DNA from: Squalus acanthias
Taxonomy: Eukaryota
DNA length: 64,000 nt
Direction of reading: 5' to 3'
Assembly (NCBI GenBank): GCA_030390025.1
Contig: CM059431.1
Coordinates: 94,490,001 to 94,554,000, forward strand
Positions within the stretch are counted from its first letter, which is position 1, and each line of letters begins with the position of its first letter. Shown here one piece after another: positions 49,586 through 58,025 of this stretch. Both the position numbers and the translations under genes were made by a program. Below the pieces are notes generated by a model, which was not told the origin of the DNA, searched no databases, and saw nothing but the letters and a program-made list of their open reading frames with translations.

Positions 49586-50738
49586 CTGACATTCCAGGGA
49601 ATCTAATAATGAATCAAGGACTGGAACTCACTAAAGCTGACGTAAGCTAGAAAACAGTATTAGAAAAAATAATATGAACGTACATACGAACATACGAATT
49701 AGGAGCAGGAATAGGCCACTCAGCCCCTTGAGCCTGCTCCACCATTCAATAAGATCATGGCTGATCTGATTACTCCACATTCCCGCCTACCCCCGATAAC
49801 CTTTCACCCCCTTGCTTATCAAGAATCTATCTACCTCTGCCTTAAAAATATTCAGAGACTCTGCTTCCACCACCCTCTGAGGAAGAGAGTTCCAAAGAAT
49901 CACGACCCTCTGTGAGAAAAAAATTCTCTTCATCTCTGTCTTAAATTGGCGACCCCTTATTTTTAAATAATGGCACTTAAGACTGACAAATCCACAGAAC
50001 CTGATTGTTTCCACCCTAATGGCTTAAAGGAAATAGGTGAGGAAATTGCAGATGCTTTAGCTATAATTTTCAAAAGCTGTCTTGATTCAGGAATTGTCCC
50101 TTTAGGTTGGAAAATTGCAAATGTAACTCCATTATTTAAGAAAGGTGTGAGAGAGAAACCAGGAAATTATAGACCTGTTAGTCTCACATCTGTTATGGGA
50201 AAATTATTGGAATCTATAATTAAGGACAAAGTGACTGAGCACTTAGAGAAATGTAAGCTAGTTAGAAAGAGCCAACATGGATATGTAAAAGGTAGGTCAT
50301 GTCCCACTAACCTAATTGAATTACCTGAGGAAGTAACTAAAGTAGTAGACAGATGAATGTCTATGGTTGTAGTTTATATGGACTTCCAGTAGGCATTCAA
50401 TAAGGTTCCACATAAGAGACTGTTCGCTAAAGTTAAAGGCCATGGAATTGAATGCAAATGCACGATGCACGATCTGTCCATGCCCTTTGAAGGTAATGCA
50501 GGCAGCACGCGAAATTCATACTGCCTGCTAATTAACATAATGGAAGTGCTGAGCGTAATGCTGAACGCACTGCTGGTTGGCTCAGCACTCAGCAGGGGCT
50601 CCAATTTTGTGGGAAGTGTGATCTCTATTTAAAGGTTGCCTGCAGAGTGAAACACTGTCTGCACTTCTTAAAGGGGGGGTGTGCTTTCTGAAAGAAGCAC
50701 CTAATTGTTAGCGTAGGTCAGGAAAGGGGAAGGTACCA

Positions 50739-52633
50739 ATGTCGCAACATGGCAGAGAAAGGGCACCTTGGTTCTTGGACACAGCACTGGAGGCCTTAGT
50801 GCAGGGGGTCGATAGGAGGAGACAGGCCCTCTACTCGCAGGGGGCCAGGAGGCCCTCCAGACAGACTGTACGAAGGCAGTGGGAGCAGATTGCTGAAACG
50901 GTCAATGCTACCAGTCTTTCCCCCAGGGCCTGGATCCAGTGCCGAACGAAGTTTAATGAGTGGTCAAGGTCAGTGAATGCATCTTCAAATGTCATATCCG
51001 ACCATCTGCACCACTAGCCTCACACATTGCTCAATGCACCACACACCCATCACTCACCTACCAACAATCTCTATCAATCACAACTCATATCTAACAATCA
51101 TAGCTTCACCTCGCCATCACACACTTACCAATGTTACAAGCCTCATACCCACATCTTACACATTTCATACTATTCAACCATGACAAGCATATCACCCAAA
51201 CACATTGCACCGCACTCACTGACACACTTCCCTTTCTCTTGCAGGCCAAGGTGGCACATAACCGGCACCAGCAGCAGCTAACAGGCAGGGGGCAGGCACG
51301 GCTGCAGAACCTGACCCAGCTGAAGGAGACTGTGCTGGATATCATTGGAGGGGCCGTCACTGAGTCCGTGGTGATCTGCAAGGCTGAAAGCATTGATGAT
51401 GACGGTATGCTCATAGTTAATCTTCATTCTCACATCCTACTTCCCCCTCATCCCACAATCTCTTCTCACTTGCCAGCTGCTAATGGTGTAAGCATGCACA
51501 TTTTCCTTTCCCTCCGCCCCCTCACCACAATCCTACCCTTGTGCCTTTCTCCTTTCAAATACCGAAGAACTTCCACCAGCCCAGCCTGTGCATGAGAATA
51601 AGAGGAGGAGGGTGTTAGAGAAGAGACACTGTCAATTGATCTGACACTCGCAGGCACCAACTCAGAAAATGTTACTGCGCGAACTTTAGAGGGTAGTATA
51701 GAGGCATGATCTGCATGTGGTGAGTCACCGGGCACGAGTGGGCAGCAGCCAGGACAGGGGAAAGGGTAACACAGGGGCCAGCTCCCCAGAGGGTGAGGTC
51801 ACACATGGGTTCTGCTGCAGTGGAGTCAGATGAGGACTTTGATGGGGCAGCCTTCGGAAGAAGGGTGAATGACATACACATGGAAATGCTTGGTGAAATG
51901 CCAGGTCTACCAGAGAGCCTGTTGTCACTGTCAAGGAGAATGAAGGCGTCCAGCTCCAACTTTTCCCAAACCTTTGCGCAGAGCTTGGAGTCCATGATTT
52001 CCAGGATGGAAGTGATGAGCAACTCCATTAGAGCACTTGTGGCCCCAACCATGATGCAGGGTCTGATTGGGCAATGTCTCAGCTTCCATTGGAGCACAAG
52101 TGGAAGCAACAAAACGTCTGAGTGCTGCAATGGAAACTCAGACTTCTGTTATGCAGGCTCAGCTTACTACCATGCAAACTCAGACTGCTGCCATCATGGC
52201 TGCATTTACCAGTGTTGAAAGGGACTTTCAGGGTCTCTCAGTCCAGCAATCTGCCCTCCAACAGATTACTCGGATTGTTGAGGCGCCTCCCTGGGGGAGT
52301 GGCAGTGGCTCTGTGGAGCATGAACCTGCTGTCCTCTCTCAGGGTGACAGGTTTCATCCTCCCACCACTGCCACTGCATCAGTGCCCTTGCTGTTGCCTG
52401 TCAGCCAGCCAGTACAGACTGCTGCCCCCCATGCCGAGGTGGTGCAGTCTACAGCTGGGCCTTCTAGGTCCAGAGCTGCTCGAGATTGTCCTGCAAGGCC
52501 ATCTGCAGTCTCCCCCATGAAAAGTCAGCAGCCTTCCACCAGCCATGCTGCAGCCACTGGCATAGCACTTTGTAGGAGCACTAGAATAGGCAAAGGCACA
52601 CAAAAGACAGACATTAACGGAATGTACAAGTTG
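50739..52633 (+). pseudogene. Harbinger Myb/SANT gene, 3 exons (50739-50968, 51245-51404, about 51560-52633)
   Basis: RERAPWFLDTALEALVQGV..WEQIAETVNA..WIQCRTKFNE; exon 2 AKVAHNRHQQQLTGRG; GT donors at 50969 and 51405. Confidence 0.82.
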
Positions 52634-52894
52634 ACCTTGTTATGTAATTTTGGAATTAATCCTTTATAAATTATGTTTGGAATGTTTCTTATGTGGTGGC
52701 TTTCATTTCAGCATTGTGACCAAGAGGACGCTGTGATGATCCGTGACAGAGGGTTGGTAAGGTGGGGAAATGTTGAGCAACGGGGATCTGGGGTTTCATT
52801 CAGGGGAACCGGAATCTGATGATGCGCTCACGGACAGCCTGTCAGGAACGGGGATTTGCAGGCTGTCTCTTCCTTCCTCCTCCTCCTCCTCTTC

Positions 52895-53141
52895 CTCCTC
52901 CTACTCTTCCTCCTCTCCCTCCTCCTCCCCCTGAGGTGGTCGTGGAACCTGTGGTGGCAAGAGCTGTGCCCTCATGATAGCCAATTTGTGAAGGATGGAG
53001 CATGTAAGAAATAGCTATTAGATTCATAGATGAAGTTTGACTCTTAGAACAGAAATTAAAATGCAGTCAGGAACAAATGGTTGAAGTGTCAGCAAGGTCA
53101 AATAACAAACACCAAAATGATAAGAGGATCGTAAAATGCAA
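52895..53141 (+). repeat. 247-bp direct duplication, copy 1 (copy 2 at 57168-57414), flanking the ERV
   Basis: No mismatch seen by eye; offset 4273 bp. Confidence 0.93.
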
Positions 53142-54443
53142 CAAGCCTTCTATAAAGTTCCGGCTAAAGTTAAAGAGACCGAGTACCTGTCGTACTCCTC
53201 TCACGTTTATGGGCCTTGGCATTTGGCTGATTGCCTCCTTCCTTTCCTCTGGCATAGCCCTTTTTCCCATACTGACCCTATACCCGAGGTATGTGACTTC
53301 CAATTTTCCTACCTGGGCTTTGGCTGGGTTTGCTTTAAAACCCGCCTCCCGTAGGGTTGAAAAGACCTTTACCAGGGCCCCCTTATGTCCCACTTTCGTT
53401 TCTGACGCTATTAGGAGGTCATCCACGTATTGTAAGAGGGTACTATTTTCACCCTCTAAGTCTAGGTCTTCAAGAGCTCTGGCCATATGGCGGTGAAAAA
53501 TGGCTGGACTGTTATGGAATCCTTGTGGGACCCGTGTCCATGTATACTGTTTGCCGCCTATTGTAAAGGCGAACTTTTCCTGTGATTCCTCATGCAGGGG
53601 AATGGACCAGAACCCGTTTGCGATGTCTAACACGGTGAATATTTTGTGTTCCGGTTTTAAACCGTTAAAGATAGTAGCTGGGCTTGCTACAATTGGATAT
53701 TCCTTTGGGGTCACTTTATTTAAGGCTGTGTAATCGATTGTAAGTCGATATGACGCATCAGGTTTCTTTACGGGCCATACTGGAGAGTTAGTGCCGGACA
53801 CTGTTTCTCGCAGAATTCCCTGTTTCACGAGTTCCAATACTATACTCCGTACGGCTGTCTGGGCCTCCACTTTTAGGGGATATTGTTTATGGGGTCGGTG
53901 GGTTGGCCCGGGGACTCTGACTGGGTTCATCTTAACCAGTCCGCAGTCCTGCTTGTGTTTGGCCCATAGTTCGGGGAATCGGTGGCAAATTGCCCCCCAC
54001 CCTCCCTTTTCGTCCCATTTGGGGTCTATTATTTGGATAGCGCTGATGGCACATGCTGTCTTGGATCCCTTTGAGTTATGTCTCCCTTCCTTGTGGTTAT
54101 CGGGCCATAGCAACTTATCCTGTTTGGGGTCTATTAAAACTCCCACTTCCCTTAGTATGTCTATACCCAGGATGGTTCCCTCAGTATTCTCACAGATCCA
54201 GAAACATGTAGGTATAATGATTTTTCCCAATTCTAGTAATACTGTCTCACTTTTCCATGCTTTAATTTTTACTCCCCCTATCCCAGATATAAAAATATTT
54301 TCCTTGGTTCGCGGCAAGGGTACGTTTGTTAGAGATATTGCTGCCCCGGTGTCTATGAGCATTCTGCACTGTCGGCCCCCTACCAGTGCCTCAATAAACA
54401 TTCTAGGGTCTCCCTTTACCGGGTCTCCGAGGGCCGCTACCTT
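53142..54443 (-). CDS. pol: Retroviral protease + reverse transcriptase (truncated; no RNase H or integrase)
   Basis: LIDTGA, ILGIDIL (PR); KQYPL, NSPVWPVKKPD, LDIANGFWSIP, YTWTRVPQGFHNSP, QYVDD (RT); same frame as gag after TGA. Confidence 0.93.
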
Positions 54444-55991
54444 TCAGGCGTTGCCTTTTTTTATCTGTTTGACCAGTTTTTCCATTTTCCTTGTCAGCTC
54501 CACTATGTCTTCCTCGTCGGAGGTGTCTGAGGAATCATCTCTCTTATACTTCCTACTCTTTCTCCTCTTCCTTTCTTCTCTTTCTCTGTCATCCTCCCAG
54601 TCTTGCATTCCCTTCCTGATCAGTTTCGCCATGCTTTCCTCGTTATTCTCTGACCTTCCAATACTTGACCCCGGTTTTCCTCCCTGTCTAGGTCCCTGAC
54701 CTTCCCTTCCTCCTCCTTTATTCCAACATTGTTGTTTCCTATGCCCTGGTTTTCCACAATTATGACAGGAAGCCTTTTGCTGAGATGTCTGATTATCCCC
54801 TTTGTTCTGTTGCCTCGGGCAATCCCTTTTCATGTGGCCCTCCTGTCCGCAACCGAAGCATGCCGCCACACTTAATGCATCCTCATTGTCGCTATCCGTC
54901 CTTAGGGCAGCTATTTTAGGTTTGGCTTGTTCTTGGACCTGATTATCTACTTCGCACGCCCACTGTATTAAGTCCTCCCAATTATGGTGGACCACTAGCC
55001 CCATTTTTATTGCATTCTGGTGCATTGGACTTAGTCCCTGTTTAAATGTTTGCAGAAAACAAGCGTTGTTTTTGTTTAAGGGGCCTGGGATCCCACAGTT
55101 ACCCTCAAAGGCGGACCACTTTCGTTTTCCATAATCGATAGCGCTTTCTCCCTTTTCTTGTGTGATTCCGCTTATAGCTGCCCAATTTACGGGGGCCTGT
55201 CCCATTGCTGCTTCCACAGCGGCCTTGAATTGGTCGAACTCAGTGTTTAATTGTTGGATTGTCTGTCCTGTATTTGTGGCCCACTGGCCATTTCCGTGGT
55301 TGCCCTGCACTAATCTCCACTGTTCCTCGGGACATTTAGCTCGTACCAATTGATCGATATCTATACTATGTAGGGCATGGTTTATGCGTACTTCGCGCAG
55401 TTTGTGCCAGAATGTCTGATTATTCTGGCGGTGTTTTAAGGCTGGTAATTCATTGAGGAGAATCACCCGATCCTGCAGGCTTAACGGTGTGTAGGTCAAC
55501 GTTGTGGTGGCCGGCCTGCCCGGTACTGCCGGGACGGCCGGATTCCCCCCTGCCGCCGGAATTTCCGGAACCGCGGGGATTGCTGGCCTATATTGCAGTG
55601 TCACTGGTGCCATCGGAACAGGCTCCGGGGCTGCCGACTGGTGTCCTGTATATGGGGGAGGACAGCCAGTCGGCCCCCCCTGGGGCAGCTCCGGGTATAA
55701 CCTTTCCTGGGAGTTACCCGGTTTTGGGTTGGCTGCAGCTGCTGGATATGTTTTAAGGGCTCCGCGCTGGAGCATACGTTCCCGATCGTATCGTGCCGCT
55801 ACGATAATGCACGCTTTCTCCAATTTATTTTTGGTTTGTTTCCTCCACCAGTCCCTTTGTGTGTCTGGTTTATCGTCCTGGTTCCACCCTGCCTTTCTCA
55901 TTTTCTCAATTAATTTTTTATTCTTGTCGTAAACATATCGTGTTACAGACTCTGGGTCTCCCCAGGGTTCCTTATCCTCTTTGCTAGCCAT
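54444..55991 (-). CDS. gag: Gag polyprotein, 515 aa, intact
   Basis: LYPEL and PPPY late domains, MHR-like ITQEKGESAIDYGKR, two CCHC knuckles CFGCGQEGHMKRDC and CHNCGKPGHRKQQC. Confidence 0.93.
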   Translation of the reverse strand: MASKEDKEPWGDPESVTRYVYDKNKKLIEKMRKAGWNQDDKPDTQRDWWRKQTKNKLEKACIIVAARYDRERMLQRGALKTYPAAAANPKPGNSQERLYPELPQGGPTGCPPPYTGHQSAAPEPVPMAPVTLQYRPAIPAVPEIPAAGGNPAVPAVPGRPATTTLTYTPLSLQDRVILLNELPALKHRQNNQTFWHKLREVRINHALHSIDIDQLVRAKCPEEQWRLVQGNHGNGQWATNTGQTIQQLNTEFDQFKAAVEAAMGQAPVNWAAISGITQEKGESAIDYGKRKWSAFEGNCGIPGPLNKNNACFLQTFKQGLSPMHQNAIKMGLVVHHNWEDLIQWACEVDNQVQEQAKPKIAALRTDSDNEDALSVAACFGCGQEGHMKRDCPRQQNKGDNQTSQQKASCHNCGKPGHRKQQCWNKGGGREGQGPRQGGKPGSSIGRSENNEESMAKLIRKGMQDWEDDREREERKRRKSRKYKRDDSSDTSDEEDIVELTRKMEKLVKQIKKGNA

Positions 55992-56018
55992 AGTTTATTT
56001 ATTTATTTATTTATTTCT

Positions 56019-56400
56019 TTTTCGGCCAGAAGGAACTCCCCGTTTTAACTACTACCTAAGTTTACTTTTCGGCCAGAAGGACTCGCCCTCCACCGTGTTA
56101 AAACTCCCCGTTTTAACTACTACTTAAGTTTACTTTTCGGCCAGAAGGACTCGTCCTCCACCGTGTTAAAACTCCCCGTTTTAACTCCTACTTAAGTTTA
56201 CTTTTCGGCCAGAAGGACTCGTCCTCCACCGTGTTAAAACTCCCCGTTTTAACTCCTACCTAAGTTTACTTTTCGGCCAGAAGGACTCGTCCTCCACCGT
56301 GTTAAAACTCCCCGTTTTAACTCCTACTTAAGTTTACTTTTCGGCCAGAAGGACTCGTCCTCCACCGTGTTAAAACTCCCCGTTTTAACTACTACTTAAG
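56019..56400 (-). repeat. 68-bp tandem repeat array in the ERV leader (5 units + 1 internally deleted unit)
   Basis: TTTTCGGCCAGAAGG at 56019, 56066, 56134, 56202, 56270 and 56338. Confidence 0.95.
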
Positions 56401-56628
56401 AGCCGCACCTCGTGGGCCTATCAGGTTTCTAAACCCTTGTTTTCCGGTACCGCAGTCCGGCAGTGTTAACCGCCTTCAATTAAAGGTGTCTTTCTTTTTA
56501 TAGTTCTTTTGTACGTCAATCTTACTTAACGTCTCGCCAGCGATTAACCTCTAATTTTACAGGTGGTAATTTAAACGTACTCACCCGTCTTAGGTTATCG
56601 CTGTCCGAGAGTTTTGTTCAGATCGCGC

Positions 56629-56646
56629 ATCCCATCCTCGTCGCCA
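56629..56646 (-). promoter_or_regulatory. Primer binding site for tRNA-Ser(GCU)
   Basis: TGGCGACGAGGATGGGAT, 2 nt after the LTR CA; complementary to the vertebrate tRNA-Ser-GCU 3' end ATCCCATCCTCGTCG-CCA as I recall it. Confidence 0.9.
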
Positions 56647-56648
56647 AT

Positions 56649-57167
56649 TGATGTAAGCTCCCAAAGTGCGGACCCAGTGATATACAAGGTCGACGCTACT
56701 GAGCTTGTTGGAAGAAAGACTGACCAAGTAATTGAAGTCACAACGGTTTATTACAGGCCTGGGGAGAACCTCTCATGTCGCTTACATGAGTACAACTCCA
56801 CCGAGCTAATGAAAACACACATATTTATATCCAATCAGGTTTAAAAGTTACACACAATGCTAGGTCTAAAAAAACACATTACTCGTTTTACAAATATTTC
56901 TGTCTTGCCTTTACAGAGATCCAATTAGGTTTAAAAGTTACTTGGTTAGCAAACATTTCTGTCTCGCCTTATGGGGATCTCGTTATCCGAGGGTGGCTGT
57001 AAAAGTTACATACAATGCTATCTGTAAATCTCGTTGAAGGAGGTAGACTCCGAAAGCTTGTAAGGTGTTGTGTGACTTGAAACAAATCTCGTTAAAGGCC
57101 TGGCTTTCTGCAAATGAGTCATGCCCGAATTGCCCTGGTTATATCCAATTTTTAATATCTTACTTCA
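56649..57167 (-). mobile_element. ERV 5' LTR (519 bp)
   Basis: Termini TGAAGTAAG...CTTACATCA; TATAAA near 56825-56830; AATAAA at 56747-56752. Confidence 0.9.
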
Positions 57168-57275
57168 CTCCTCCTACTCTTCCTCCTCTCCCTCCTCCTC
57201 CCCCTGAGGTGGTCGTGGAACCTGTGGTGGCAAGAGCTGTGCCCTCATGATAGCCAATTTGTGAAGGATGGAGCA

Positions 57276-58025
57276 TGTAAGAAATAGCTATTAGATTCAT
57301 AGATGAAGTTTGACTCTTAGAACAGAAATTAAAATGCAGTCAGGAACAAATGGTTGAAGTGTCAGCAAGGTCAAATAACAAACACCAAAATGATAAGAGG
57401 ATCGTAAAATGCAAGAAAACACAGGAGGATAACATCGTAACTAGAAAACAAAGAGCCACAAAGTCATAAAATGTCCTTAAAGAAACATAACAAAACATTC
57501 CTCAGAAAGATAAGAGAAAGGCCTTGTCAGCCATGCAGAAAGGGGCAGTGAGAAATGTCTGCCCGCACCACACTTGGATTATAAATGATTGACACTAGAT
57601 AGATCACAGCCCACCGAAATAACTATAAATATAGACCACTGAGAGAGGAAATCGGACAGCGAGGGGTGAAGGCTTTTTCGACGTGGAAATCAACACTGGC
57701 TCAGACTAAGTTTAGCCTCTGAGGTGGATCAATGCTGGCTTATGCCTAACACCTCCAACAGCTCGGGGGACGAATCAACAGAAGTGACTGCTGTTACTGG
57801 CTGCAGAGACCCGCTGACCCGAGACCTCCAACCGTCCATCCGGTCGTGGCATTCCGCTTCGGGAGTTGTAGATCGCTCTCTACTGTCACGGGTTGTATGT
57901 CTATTATACTCAGCTTAAACCACATGTAATATCTGATGATGCATTAAAACTGTAGCTCTTTAATAAAAAGCCTTACAACTCCTAAGACCCTTTGGGTAAT
58001 CTGTGTGTGACCTGTGATCCTAACA
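57276..58025 (+). mobile_element. Solo LTR (750 bp), unrelated to the ERV LTR
   Basis: TGTAAG...CTAACA, GCA/AGCA target duplication, TATAAA near 57624, AATAAA near 57962; interrupts the transposase codons VVVC|SILH. Confidence 0.85.

Larger units (their letters stand above)
47070..50460 (+). mobile_element. Old CR1 ORF2 fragment broken by three later insertions
   Basis: NNYF|VSVF across the MITE; ORF 49970..50356 WKIANVTPLFKKG..GNYRPVSLTS; nested minus-strand CR1 3' end at about 49675-49965. Confidence 0.7.
53142..57167 (-). mobile_element. Endogenous retrovirus, 3'-truncated: 5'LTR-PBS-leader-gag-pro-partial RT
   Basis: LTR, tRNA-Ser PBS, splice donor, intact gag, in-frame pro-pol broken in the RT thumb. 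Confidence 0.95.

Noticed and set aside
52895..53141. The 247-bp direct repeats as the LTRs of the ERV
   Set aside because: They consist of transposase tail plus part of another LTR and lack TG..CA ends; the true LTR is 56649-57167 next to the PBS
54456..54462. A-AAA-AAA slippery heptamer near the end of gag as a -1 frameshift site for pol
   Set aside because: The -1 frame hits TAG within about 20 codons; pol is in the gag frame
53791..54699. 302-aa antisense ORF over pro/gag (HBZ-like idea)
   Set aside because: No ATG start and no recognisable motifs; it is in codon register with the sense ORF, so most likely a shadow ORF
56019..56400. Regular hairpin-containing repeats resembling a CRISPR array
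   Set aside because: Units are head-to-tail with no unique spacers, no cas genes are present, and they lie in a retroviral leader
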